Assembly (NCBI GenBank): GCA_963663165.1 | Contig: OY760175.1 | Location: 6,336,001-6,400,000, forward strand | DNA from: an uncultured Desulfospira sp. | GTDB taxonomy: Bacteria > Desulfobacterota > Desulfobacteria > Desulfobacterales > Desulfobacteraceae | Length of the DNA stretch: 64,000 nucleotides | Reading direction: 5' to 3' | Part shown: in pieces, positions 20,346-29,866 of the stretch | How the letters are laid out: every line of letters starts with the position of its first letter | Numbering within the stretch: the first letter of the stretch is position 1 | Translations under genes and position numbers: made by a program | Notes under the pieces: generated by a model | The model's database searches: none | What the model was told of the DNA's origin: nothing | Seen by the model: only the letters and a program-made list of their open reading frames with translations

Positions 20346-21482
20346 CTAATCCCCTTTTCTATACGACAGGGTTTTCAGTTTCACCAGGTTATACGCCCGG
20401 GTGCCAAGGCCGATGCCCTTTGCATACTCAAGCTGGTGTTCCCAGTCCACGTAAGGGTAAAGCCCTTTGAACTTGTCCTGGCCCGGTGCCATGTTGGTGG
20501 ACAGGCAGGTGTGGGCAAGCCCCTGGGCGGCGTTGACCAGATCGGCACTGGCCTGGTCAATGGCCACCGGGTCCAATGAGGCCACCACCCCGATATTGCC
20601 GACAATGGGACTTTCGTTGTATGGCAGGCAGTCGCACTTGGGGGCCACATCGGTGATAAAGTTGATAAACAACGCCTTGCCCTGCTTGTTTTGGAGGACC
20701 CCCAGACTGTACTCCATCATTTTTTCCAGAAATACGGGCACGGTCTGGTTCCAGTTGATTTTAACCGATTCTGTGGGGCATCTTACAATACACTCCCCGC
20801 AGCCCACGCAAAGGTCCTTCTGGATATAGGCTTTTTTCTCCTCCAGATAAATGGCCGACCCCGGACAGTGGGCCGCACATTCCCCGCAGCCGATACAGGT
20901 TTTGCGTTTGATTTTGGGGCTGACGTTGGAGTGCTGGTCCAGTTTCCCCCGCCGGGAGGCCGATCCCATGCCCAGGTTTTTCAGGGTCCCCCCAAATCCG
21001 GACAGTTCGTGGCCTTTAAAATGGGCCACAGAGACCAGGGCATCAGCATGGATGATCTCCGCACCGATATAGACCTCTTTGCAGTGTTTCTGGTCCACCT
21101 TGACCGCAATTTCAGACTTGCCCCTCAACCCGTCGGCAATAATCACCGGGGCACCGTCCATACTGGAATAAGCAAACCCGTTTTCAACGGCGGTTTTGAT
21201 ATGGGAGACCGAATCCGACCGGGTGCCCACATAAAGGGTATTGGCATCGGTCAAAAAAGGGGTTGCCCCGGCTTTCCGGATGGTTTCAATCACCTTCCGG
21301 ATAAAGACCGGACGGATATAGGCGGTATTGCCCTGCTCACCAAAGTGAATTTTAACGGCGGTGAGGTCTTTGTTGTCCAGGACATCCTTGAGCCCGGCCC
21401 GCTTCATCAGCCTGGCAAGCTTTGAAACCAGGTTCTCTTTGGATGTGGCCTCAAGGTCCATGAAAAACACATCTGCTGTCAT
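20346..21482 (-). CDS. DUF362 family protein with 2x[4Fe-4S] ferredoxin domain
   Basis: KIHFGE, HFKGH, GGTLKNLGMG, CIGCGECAAHCP, CVGCGECIVRCP, CDC, DPVAIDQA. Confidence 0.9.
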   Translation of the reverse strand: MTADVFFMDLEATSKENLVSKLARLMKRAGLKDVLDNKDLTAVKIHFGEQGNTAYIRPVFIRKVIETIRKAGATPFLTDANTLYVGTRSDSVSHIKTAVENGFAYSSMDGAPVIIADGLRGKSEIAVKVDQKHCKEVYIGAEIIHADALVSVAHFKGHELSGFGGTLKNLGMGSASRRGKLDQHSNVSPKIKRKTCIGCGECAAHCPGSAIYLEEKKAYIQKDLCVGCGECIVRCPTESVKINWNQTVPVFLEKMMEYSLGVLQNKQGKALFINFITDVAPKCDCLPYNESPIVGNIGVVASLDPVAIDQASADLVNAAQGLAHTCLSTNMAPGQDKFKGLYPYVDWEHQLEYAKGIGLGTRAYNLVKLKTLSYRKGD

Positions 21483-21750
21483 TTTTATGCCCCTTTTTAT
21501 AATTTTTTTTAAAATCGAAAAATCAAACTGCCTGGACCCCAAAGCATACGGCCGGCAACTTTATCCTAAACAAGTATAGATATAAACTTGCCCAACCTCA
21601 ACCCTCATTTGGCCAGGCCACCCCGGACATCTCACATACCGCTCATCAAACCTGAACAGAACCGGAACAATGAAATGGTAAAGGTCCAGGACTATAGGGC
21701 ATGGCGTCCTCAACCCATTTAATGTTTATTTTTTACAAAGGAGTATTGAA

Positions 21751-22428
21751 ATGAAAAACTTATTATCCCGCATTTCTTTTTGTCTGGTTCTGTCTGCCGT
21801 TCTTACTGTGTTTGCTTCCCAGGCCATGGCGGCTGTTGTGATCACCGAGTGGATGTATAAAGGGGATGGCGGAGAATTTATTGAACTGACTAATACCGGA
21901 GACGAGGCTGTTGATCTTACCGGATGGTACTTTATGGATGATAAAAACAATGGCAATACATTTGACCTTTCTGCCCTGGGAACAATTGGCGCCGGTGAAT
22001 CCGTGATCATCACCGAAGATACTGCCGCACAATTTATTTCCGACTGGAACCTGAATTCCTCTGTAAAAGTGATTGGTGAGTTAGGGGCAGAAGGTGGTAC
22101 CGGGAACAATATCGGCAGCAGTGACACCATCAATATTTACGATTCTCTGGGCAATCTTGTGGACACCCTGACCTATAAAAAAGACCAAATCCAGACCAAT
22201 GGCGCCAGTGGCAACCCTCTCAGCCTGGACGCCCTTGGAGCAGATGACGATTCCCTCTGGGTGCTGTCCATTGTAGGTGATGAATATGGGTCATGGGAAT
22301 CCGTGCTGGGTGATGTGGGCAACCCCGGTGTTTTTACCCTGGCAGCGGTTCCCGTTCCCGGCACCCTCAGCCTTCTTTGTTCCGGTCTTCTGGCCCTTAC
22401 CGGCCTGACCCGCCGCAAAAACGCATAA
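21751..22428 (+). CDS. Secreted lamin-tail domain protein with PEP-CTERM-like sorting signal
   Basis: Signal peptide; VVITEWMY...EFIELTN...VDLTGWYF; VPVPG + TM + RRK. Confidence 0.85.
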   Translation: MKNLLSRISFCLVLSAVLTVFASQAMAAVVITEWMYKGDGGEFIELTNTGDEAVDLTGWYFMDDKNNGNTFDLSALGTIGAGESVIITEDTAAQFISDWNLNSSVKVIGELGAEGGTGNNIGSSDTINIYDSLGNLVDTLTYKKDQIQTNGASGNPLSLDALGADDDSLWVLSIVGDEYGSWESVLGDVGNPGVFTLAAVPVPGTLSLLCSGLLALTGLTRRKNA

Positions 22429-22481
22429 GGTTTAACGGTTTCATAAATTTTTGATTTTACGAATACGGAGACTGATTTAAC

Positions 22482-23405
22482 ATGAAACCAGAGATTCAAT
22501 TTTTTGGAAAAAGGGCCTGTCTGATTCTGGCGGTTTTGTCGGCAATGGCGATGTCAGGAATCTGTCAGACCGCATTGGCCGTCACCACCCTTGACCTGTC
22601 CACCTACACCCTTTCCGGAACTTACAATCTGGAACGGGGGCTTGCTTATTGTAAGGAAGCGTCTGCTGTGACCTATAACTGGGATACCGGCACCCTCTTT
22701 GTCGTTGGTGATGAGGGAGAGGCCCTGGTCGAGGTATCGTTGACCGGGAAAACCCTCAGCACCATGACCCTGGAGGGGTTTGACGACACCGAAGGGCTCA
22801 CCTATGTGGGCAACGGGCAGTTTGTCATCACTGAAGAACGGATCAGGGATGCTTATCTGTTGAGCTACAGCGCCGGCACAACCGTTGACAGAGATGATCT
22901 TGCCTCAGTTGACCTTGGCACTACCATTGAAAACATCGGCATCGAAGGCATTTCTTATGACACGGCTACCGGCAAGTACTACACGGTAAAAGAGAAAGAT
23001 GAGCAGGAGGTCAATGTTAACACGATTGACTTTACTGAGGGGGAAGCTGAAATCTCCAGTCTGTTTTCAGCAGACATTCTTGGCTTAAGTGACCTGTCCG
23101 ATATCCAGAGCCTGAGCATCCTGGGCTTGGAGAACATGCTGCTCATCCTCAGTCAGGAGTCTCAGAAGCTTCTTTCGGTGAACCTGGATGGAGAGATTTT
23201 AAGCACGTTTGACCTGAGCGGCCTTGTGAGTTCTATTGAAGGTGTAACCGTTGATGAAGCCGGAAACATCTATCTGGTGGCCGAAAACGGTTCTGTGCCC
23301 CTGTTGTATGTATTGACATCCACGAATACGGTACCCGTACCCGGTTCCCTTGTCCTGCTCTGCACTGCCCTGACCGGCCTTGCCGGCTGGCGCCGCCGCA
23401 TGTAG
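22482..23405 (+). CDS. Secreted SdiA-regulated/YjiK-like beta-propeller with PEP-CTERM-like signal
   Basis: EASAVTYNWDTGTLFVVGDE, DTEGLTY, GIEGISY, IEGVT; VPVPG + TM + RRR. Confidence 0.85.
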   Translation: MKPEIQFFGKRACLILAVLSAMAMSGICQTALAVTTLDLSTYTLSGTYNLERGLAYCKEASAVTYNWDTGTLFVVGDEGEALVEVSLTGKTLSTMTLEGFDDTEGLTYVGNGQFVITEERIRDAYLLSYSAGTTVDRDDLASVDLGTTIENIGIEGISYDTATGKYYTVKEKDEQEVNVNTIDFTEGEAEISSLFSADILGLSDLSDIQSLSILGLENMLLILSQESQKLLSVNLDGEILSTFDLSGLVSSIEGVTVDEAGNIYLVAENGSVPLLYVLTSTNTVPVPGSLVLLCTALTGLAGWRRRM

Positions 23406-23419
23406 GTTATGCCATGAAC

Positions 23420-23460
23420 AACAAGGTGGGCACGTAAACTGGTGCCCACCTTGTTTTGTT
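23420..23460 (+). terminator. REP-like hairpin that may act as terminator
   Basis: aacaaggtgggcac-N8-gtgcccaccttgtt followed by a T-rich run, 15 bp after the stop codon. Confidence 0.6.
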
Positions 23461-23553
23461 AAAGATATGTTTTTATGTATAGCCCTGCTTGAACTGTCGA
23501 AATCGTTATCAAAATCGAAATCGAGCGAATCTTGAAACTGATTGCAATTTTGG

Positions 23554-23600
23554 GTTGGAGCGGGCCATGCCCGTAATTCGCTGGTATGGCCCGCTCCAAC
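23554..23600. repeat. REP-like palindrome
   Basis: gttggagcgggccat...atggcccgctccaac (15-bp arms). Confidence 0.65.
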
Positions 23601-23794
23601 AAGGCTATGTTTCATGTTCTTGTTCAAATCGTTTAACCCGGTGGACAAAAGAGCTGTGTTGCCACCAAATTTTCCGATTTCAATTTGGATTTCGATTTCG
23701 AGCGTTACGCCTGTTTGAACCGGGGATTCTGAAAATAAGGTATATTGTAGATACTTTGGAGCAGGCATCAATTAATGCTCGGTGTTTGTCTGTA

Positions 23795-24448
23795 TCAGGC
23801 CTTCTGTTCTCTTCTCAGCCCAACCAACCCGATCAAGCCGAAACCAAGAAGCCATGCTGCACCCGGGATGGGGACAGCGTTGAGCCTCAGCGTTCCCTCG
23901 ACGGTCACCTCGTCGTTTTTTTTACAGGTGCCGTAAGGAAATGCATACCAGTCTTCTCGAAAATTAACTTCAATACCGTATTCGCCGGCATCATCCGTTT
24001 CCCATATTTCCAAATCAGCATTTTGTATCATGATAAAGTATCCGTTGTCAGTATTGACGTAACTAACCATTGAGATGGCTAATCCGCCATCATCCATCTT
24101 CTCGATGGTCAAATAAGTGTCAAAAGAAAATGGCACATACTGGCGCCATGAATTCCCGTCAATGGTGCAGGAGATGTCTTGCGTGTTAAAAATGTACCGG
24201 GAGGGATCGTCCTCATCAACGGGGATGGGGGCCACCGTGTCATCTGTGTCGAAGCTGAAATTTATAAGGACACCATTAACTGAGGTAACCGTATCATGAT
24301 CACTCTCTATGTTATACGTTGTCACAGTTCCATTAAAAAGAAAATTATAGGTGTGTATGGCGGCCTGAACGGGAGTCGAGAAAAAAATGACCCCAAGGAA
24401 TAACAATAAAATAAAACTGGAATTAAAAAAAGGTTTGGCCCGAAACAT
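23795..24448 (-). CDS. Secreted protein with VPLPA/PEP-CTERM sorting signal
   Basis: Signal peptide; C-terminal AVPIPGAAWLLGFGLIGLVGLRR. Confidence 0.85.
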   Translation of the reverse strand: MFRAKPFFNSSFILLLFLGVIFFSTPVQAAIHTYNFLFNGTVTTYNIESDHDTVTSVNGVLINFSFDTDDTVAPIPVDEDDPSRYIFNTQDISCTIDGNSWRQYVPFSFDTYLTIEKMDDGGLAISMVSYVNTDNGYFIMIQNADLEIWETDDAGEYGIEVNFREDWYAFPYGTCKKNDEVTVEGTLRLNAVPIPGAAWLLGFGLIGLVGLRREQKA

Positions 24449-24501
24449 TAGAACGCTCCTAACTTAGCTAATTTAATTGGAGATAACTGTATCTCTTATC
24501 T

Positions 24502-24646
24502 GGTGTCTGGCCGGAAACCCGTGTTTGGGCGAAAAGTTGCCCAGATGCAAGGCGCAGGGGAATTTGCAACCGGAGCAACCTTGGGGTTGTGAGGATTGCA
24601 AATTCCCCTGCAACGCGGCAGGTGGGTGACTTTTCGTACAAACACC
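24502..24646. mobile_element. ~146-bp palindromic MITE-like element (family B), copy 1
   Basis: ggtgtctg...aaagttgcccagatgcaaggcg...gtgacttttcgtacaaacacc; homologous to 43798-43943 and 59006-59151. Confidence 0.8.
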
Positions 24647-24648
24647 AC

Positions 24649-27600
24649 CTAAAACCGATACGTCACATCCAGATAATACACATCCTGATCCTCAAACCGG
24701 CCAAGCCTTGTGTCACTGTCGCCGGAGTAAATCCCGGCCCCGATCCGGCAGTCCAGGTTGGTGATATAGGACAGTTTCAGGTACGGGTTCAGGTAAAAGG
24801 AGTCGTTGTTCAGGGGCTTGGTGTATTTCACGCAGGCCTGGAGCCAGTCGACAAAGGCGTTCAGGCGGATCTCCCCGAGCAGGGAGGTCTCGTTTTCCTC
24901 GGCATACAAAATGGTGTCGTCAAAATCGGCCACGTACCGGTGGGCCACCTGGAAATTGAGGTAGGTATTTGCCTTGGTGGTGTAGTCGGCCCCGATGGCA
25001 TAGGTAAAGGTGGGTTTTCTCACCGAGGTCAGGGAGGTGGTTAAAAAGGATTCATTTTCATACCAGGCCGCTTCGCCCCGGATGCCGAATCCGGCCACCG
25101 CTGTTTCAAATTCAAGCCCTGCGATGCTGGTCTTTCGGTATTCCACCTCAATATCTTCGTTTTGATAAGTCCCGGCCGTGAAATCATCCGGTGAAAGCCC
25201 GTCGGCAACGCTGATGTTTTTTACCGGGAAGCTTTCATAATAGGGGTTGTCTTCAGTGGCATAATGGTAAGTGAATCCAAAATCCAGATCCCGGACCGAA
25301 GCGCTCAGCCTTACGCCCCATTCGGTTTCGTTGTCGGGATCCTCTTCATGAACATTTAAATTCTCAAAATAGGCTTTTTGAAAAGCTGAAAGGTTTGAAT
25401 CCGCCACTTCTTTTTTGATATGGCCGAACATGGACCAGTTGCTCTGAAAATAATTCTGGCGGTTCTCTTCAAAAAAGGGAATCACCACCCCTTCCAGGGT
25501 GAAGCCATTAAATGTGTAGCGGATATCCGCCATCCAGACCGGAATTTTTCTGTCTTCATAATCGGGAAGGTTAAATTCCCTTAAATCCTGGGGATTCAAG
25601 GTGTCCACCGGGCTGATCCGGTCCATTTTGCCCCACCGGACAATCTGTTTGCCTAAGGATACCGTCACATTTTCCCATTGATACTGCAGCTTGGCTTCGT
25701 ATAGATCGAGATCATAATCGCTGGTTTTATCATCCGGGCCAAAATAAAGGTAATCCGACAGGGCGGAAACCACCAGCATATCCTTATAATCGGCTTCGAG
25801 AATCACCCGGTTTCTGAAACTGGTTTCGTTTTCAGCCCCCTGATCCGCCACCTGCAGGGTTCCCCTGGCCTGGACAAGGCCGGAAATTTTCAAATCCTGT
25901 TGTTCGGCGGTTTCTTCCCGGGCGGTGTCCGCTTCAGCCTCGGCTGTTTCAATTTCAGGCGCTTCAACCGGGGCTGTTTTAACTTCAGGCGTTTCCGCTT
26001 CAGGTGCCTCAGCCACGGCTGTTTCGATTTCAGGGGCAATGGCTTCAGGGGTTTTGGTTTCAGCCATTGGGACTTCAGCTGTTTCAGCTTGTGCTGTTTC
26101 AATCCCAGCCTTTTCGGCTTCGGCCGCTTCAGGTTCAGTTGTTTCGATTTCCGGCGCCTGAGCTTCGGCTATCTTAACACCGGCTGTTTCAGCCTCAGGC
26201 GCTTTAACTTCAGGTGCCTGAACTTCAGGTGCTTCGGTTTCAGCCACTTCAACCGCGGCTGTTTCAGGTTCGACCGTTTCCGCTTTGGCTATTTCAGCAC
26301 CAGCTGTTTCAGCCTCAGCCATTTCAACCCAGCCGGTTTCGCCCGGGGCCGGTTCAGTTTCAGCCATCGCAACCGCAACGCCCTCAGCTTCAGTGGTTTC
26401 AACCGCCACGGGTTCCACCCGTGGTTCAGCCATGGTTTCCTGGGTTGACAAAATGGGCTCATAAGGGACTTCCCGGTCTTCCGGTTGAATTGGTCCGGTT
26501 GCCTCGGCCAGGGCCTGTTCCGGTGCCATTGCCCGGGTCTCCTTGGGCAGGGACGCCAGGGCAGGGGCGGCCGCTTCAGCAGGGATCTCTTTTCCGGGGC
26601 CTAACCGGAAGGACAACACATGGGAGCCTTCCACAAAGCCCTGGGCCGTTGAGAATTCAACATCACTGTCCGGCTCAAGATTCAAAACCAGGCGCACCAC
26701 ATCCTCTTTGGCCTGGCTGGCCTGAAGGGACTTAATTTTTTTAGAATGGATCTCCTTTGTCAGGCCGCCTTCGGGGACCACGGCACCCTTTATATCAACC
26801 ATGATCTGGCCAGAAGATTCTAAAGCGGTCCATGAGGTGGCCACGGGCCGGTCCAGTTTGATCAAAATCTGTTCGACATTCCCATGGGCACTGTACGTCG
26901 GGTCGGATAACCGGTTTGCCAGCATGGCCGCTGCCTGGTCGCCAGCTTCAGGTGAGGCAGGGGCCTGGGCCATGGCCGGTTCAGCCTGATCCGGCTGTAA
27001 AGGGGCTGACGGCATCATGTCCTGTGTTTCGGCCGATGCCAGGACATCGCCGGTATCTTCTTGTGCCGGAGCGCCTTTTTCGGGTCCTATGCGCAGGGAC
27101 AGGGCATGGGAGCCATCCACAAAACCCTGGGCCGTTGAAAACTCAACCGCACTGTCCGGCTGAAGGTTCAAGACCAGTTGAACCATGTCCTTGGTTTCCT
27201 GGCTTGCCTGGATGGACTGGATCTTTTGGGCGTTGATTTGCCTGGTCAGACCGCCTTCACCGATAACGGCATCCCTTATATTTACAATAATCTGGCCCGG
27301 AGATTTTTCAGTGGACCATGACATGGCCACGGGCCGGTCCACCTTGATCAAAATTTGTTCTTCACTTCCCTGGGCTTTGAACTGCGGATCAGACAAACGG
27401 TTTAACGGTGCCGCATCGTCTTCGGGTACCGGGGGGGTGTCGGCATGGGCCAGGAAAGGGGGAATATCTTCCTGTCCGGGCTCAGGCACCGGTCCCTGCT
27501 GATCTTCTTCCAGAGACGACACCAGGATATCGCCGCTGCCCGGGGCCGGGGGGGCTTTTCCCTTTTCCGGTGCAAGGCTCAGAAACAGGACATGATCGCC

Positions 27601-29382
27601 TTCCACAAACCCCTGGGCGGTTGAGAATTCATATTTGCTGTCCGGCTGAAGGGCCAACACCACACGGACCACATCCTCCTTTTCCTGGCTTGCGTGAATG
27701 GATTTTATTTTGTCTGAATGGATCTCTTTGTCCAGTACCCCTTCCGGAATCACGGCATCTTTGATATCCACGACAATCCGGTCCGGGGATTCTTTGATAT
27801 ACCATGCGGTATCCACCGGCCGGTCCAGCTTGATCAGCACCTGCTCTTCATTTCCCTGAATTTCAAATTCCGGGGCGCTTAAGCGGTTTGAACTCTGGAG
27901 GGAAGCCGTTTTAAAATCCTGTTCAGGCTCACCCGGCTGCCCGGGGCCTTCAGTTTGTGTTTCAGCTGCCGCAAGGACTGTACCCGCCTGTGAAGCATCC
28001 GGAATTCCGGGTTTTTCCGGGCCGAGACAAAGGGTCAGCACATGGGCGTCATCCACGATTTTCTGGGTGGTAGAAAATTGACGCGGGCCACCCGGTTTAA
28101 GATCCAAGACCACACGGACCACGTCTTTTTGGTTCTGGGCCGCGCGAATGGATTTGATGTTGGGGGAGTTGACCGCCTGGCTCAGAACCTTTTCCGGAAT
28201 AAAGGCGTTTTTAATATCCACAACAATCCGGTCCGGGGATTTTAAGGAAAACCAGGAGGCGTCAACCGGCCGGTTCAGGTTAATGGTAATCTGGTCCTGT
28301 CCCTCGCTGGTTTCAAGCTTGGGCATGGATAAATGGGCTAAGAACGGGGGAAATGGCTTTTTTTCCGGAGACAGCGCAACGCCTTGAACGGGCTGGTCCG
28401 GTTCAGTTTCAAAGGAGGGGGGTATTTTGGGTTCAGCTTCTGCCACCAGGGGTTCAGGCTCTTTTCTGAAAGAAGGCCCTTCATGCTTTTCAGGACTTAA
28501 GCATAAAAACAGTGCCGGAGATCCCTGGACCTGCCCCTGGGTGGTGGAAAAATTATAGACACTGCCCGGTTCAAGCTCTAAGGTCACACGGACAATATCT
28601 TCTTTATGCTGGCCGGTCCGGATGGCCTTGATGATCTGGGAATTCACCTCATTGGACAAAAATCCCTCCGGGATAAAGGTGTCTTTTAAATCCACAACGA
28701 TCCGGTCCTGGGATTCAAGCCTGAACCAGGAGACATCCACAGGGTGATTCAACTTGATCAGCACCTGCTCTTCATTTCCTTTTTCTTTAAACAACGGGGC
28801 AGAGACCTGGTTTGAATAAGGGGCGACAGACGGCCCGGTCTGCTTGGGGGGGATGGGCCTGGTCACCTGTCCGGGTTTTTCCTCAATGGGGGCGTCTTCT
28901 TTTGTTTTTGAAGATGCCAGAAGGGTGCCGGAAATCTGGGACGGTAATCCCCCGTGAATCATGGGGTAGACCGAAAGGGATAACACATGGGAATTTTTTC
29001 TGCGCCGCTGGTTGGTTGAAAAATTATAGTTGCAGTCCGGCCTAAGCCCTAAGGTCACCCGGACCACATCTTCTTTGTGCTGGCTGGTCCGGATGGTCTG
29101 GACAATTCTTGAATCAACCTGGTCTACCAGCAGCCCGTCAGGGAAAAAGGCGTCTTTTAAATCAAATACCACCTGGTTCCGGGCTTTCAGTGTAAACCAT
29201 GATATGTCAACCGGGCGGTCGAGATTAATGACCACGCGGTCTTCAATGGCGTCTTTTTCGAACTGGGGAGTCGATACCCGGTTGGCGGAACGGGCCGATA
29301 AATAGTCGGTCTTTATGAAAAGAATGCCAACACAAAAAAGCAGTGCGCATGATATAACGGCAAAGCATATGTTTTTTCTCAT
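24649..29382 (-). CDS. Protein with six AMIN-like domains, acidic pentapeptide linker and C-terminal DUF1302-like outer-membrane barrel
   Basis: Six repeats of IxLxRPVxxxW...RIVVDIKxA...IRxxQxxxDVVRVVLxL; then LGKQIVRWGKMD...DTLNPQDL; terminal YRF. Confidence 0.82.
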   Translation of the reverse strand: MRKNICFAVISCALLFCVGILFIKTDYLSARSANRVSTPQFEKDAIEDRVVINLDRPVDISWFTLKARNQVVFDLKDAFFPDGLLVDQVDSRIVQTIRTSQHKEDVVRVTLGLRPDCNYNFSTNQRRRKNSHVLSLSVYPMIHGGLPSQISGTLLASSKTKEDAPIEEKPGQVTRPIPPKQTGPSVAPYSNQVSAPLFKEKGNEEQVLIKLNHPVDVSWFRLESQDRIVVDLKDTFIPEGFLSNEVNSQIIKAIRTGQHKEDIVRVTLELEPGSVYNFSTTQGQVQGSPALFLCLSPEKHEGPSFRKEPEPLVAEAEPKIPPSFETEPDQPVQGVALSPEKKPFPPFLAHLSMPKLETSEGQDQITINLNRPVDASWFSLKSPDRIVVDIKNAFIPEKVLSQAVNSPNIKSIRAAQNQKDVVRVVLDLKPGGPRQFSTTQKIVDDAHVLTLCLGPEKPGIPDASQAGTVLAAAETQTEGPGQPGEPEQDFKTASLQSSNRLSAPEFEIQGNEEQVLIKLDRPVDTAWYIKESPDRIVVDIKDAVIPEGVLDKEIHSDKIKSIHASQEKEDVVRVVLALQPDSKYEFSTAQGFVEGDHVLFLSLAPEKGKAPPAPGSGDILVSSLEEDQQGPVPEPGQEDIPPFLAHADTPPVPEDDAAPLNRLSDPQFKAQGSEEQILIKVDRPVAMSWSTEKSPGQIIVNIRDAVIGEGGLTRQINAQKIQSIQASQETKDMVQLVLNLQPDSAVEFSTAQGFVDGSHALSLRIGPEKGAPAQEDTGDVLASAETQDMMPSAPLQPDQAEPAMAQAPASPEAGDQAAAMLANRLSDPTYSAHGNVEQILIKLDRPVATSWTALESSGQIMVDIKGAVVPEGGLTKEIHSKKIKSLQASQAKEDVVRLVLNLEPDSDVEFSTAQGFVEGSHVLSFRLGPGKEIPAEAAAPALASLPKETRAMAPEQALAEATGPIQPEDREVPYEPILSTQETMAEPRVEPVAVETTEAEGVAVAMAETEPAPGETGWVEMAEAETAGAEIAKAETVEPETAAVEVAETEAPEVQAPEVKAPEAETAGVKIAEAQAPEIETTEPEAAEAEKAGIETAQAETAEVPMAETKTPEAIAPEIETAVAEAPEAETPEVKTAPVEAPEIETAEAEADTAREETAEQQDLKISGLVQARGTLQVADQGAENETSFRNRVILEADYKDMLVVSALSDYLYFGPDDKTSDYDLDLYEAKLQYQWENVTVSLGKQIVRWGKMDRISPVDTLNPQDLREFNLPDYEDRKIPVWMADIRYTFNGFTLEGVVIPFFEENRQNYFQSNWSMFGHIKKEVADSNLSAFQKAYFENLNVHEEDPDNETEWGVRLSASVRDLDFGFTYHYATEDNPYYESFPVKNISVADGLSPDDFTAGTYQNEDIEVEYRKTSIAGLEFETAVAGFGIRGEAAWYENESFLTTSLTSVRKPTFTYAIGADYTTKANTYLNFQVAHRYVADFDDTILYAEENETSLLGEIRLNAFVDWLQACVKYTKPLNNDSFYLNPYLKLSYITNLDCRIGAGIYSGDSDTRLGRFEDQDVYYLDVTYRF
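25930..26400 (-). repeat. Degenerate 15-bp coding repeats (AE(T/A)xx / APExx pentapeptides)
   Basis: Recurrent gctgaaac/cctgaa units on the coding strand; protein AETEAPEVQAPEVKAPEAETAG... Confidence 0.7.
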
Positions 29383-29444
29383 TACAATTCCCCTTTGGCC
29401 ATTTTCTAAAAAGGAAGAAATAGTTGGGTTTTTTCCAAGGAAAG

Positions 29445-29460
29445 AGCAATAACCAGGCCA
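29445..29460 (-). promoter_or_regulatory. Sigma-54 promoter for the AMIN-repeat gene
   Basis: Minus strand TGGCCTGGTTATTGCT with exact GG-N10-GC spacing; AT-rich IHF-like tract ~29500-29515; palindrome GCGTCA-N6-TGACGC at 29580-29597. Confidence 0.65.
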
Positions 29461-29652
29461 AAGGCGCGTGCCTTAAAGCGGAAAAATATTTATATCATTT
29501 AATTTCAATTGGTTATAAAGGATTTAATCTGATCACAGCTCTCTTTTTTTGTCTTAAATCCAGGGTCTGGAATTTATTAGCGTCAACACGATGACGCTTT
29601 GAAACCCTGCGAATGAGGGCGGTCTTGACGATTCAGGGCAAGCCTATTTTTA

Positions 29653-29707
29653 ATAACGGCCACGGGCCGCCTTGGTTGGATAACCAAAGCCGTCCGTGAC
29701 GGTTTAT
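29653..29707. repeat. Family A mini-element, short near-palindromic form
   Basis: ataacggccacgggccgccttggttggataaccaaagccgtccgtgacggtttat. Confidence 0.7.
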
Positions 29708-29866
29708 ATAGACATCCAATCCCATATTCTTTATGCTTTTCTTTATAACCTGAACCCTTATGATTTGACGGCGGGTTTGGGGGGGATACATCTGCTCCCC
29801 CCTCTTTTCAGGCCCGGCCGGGGGCGGGGCAGGATGCCAAACAATGAAAATTTAAGGGATGGAATT

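Noticed and set aside
23199..24073. 190-aa and 194-aa ORFs spanning the intergenic repeat mosaic
   Set aside because: They overlap real genes on the opposite strand and translate hexamer repeats (EIEIQIEI, DFDFDNDFD).
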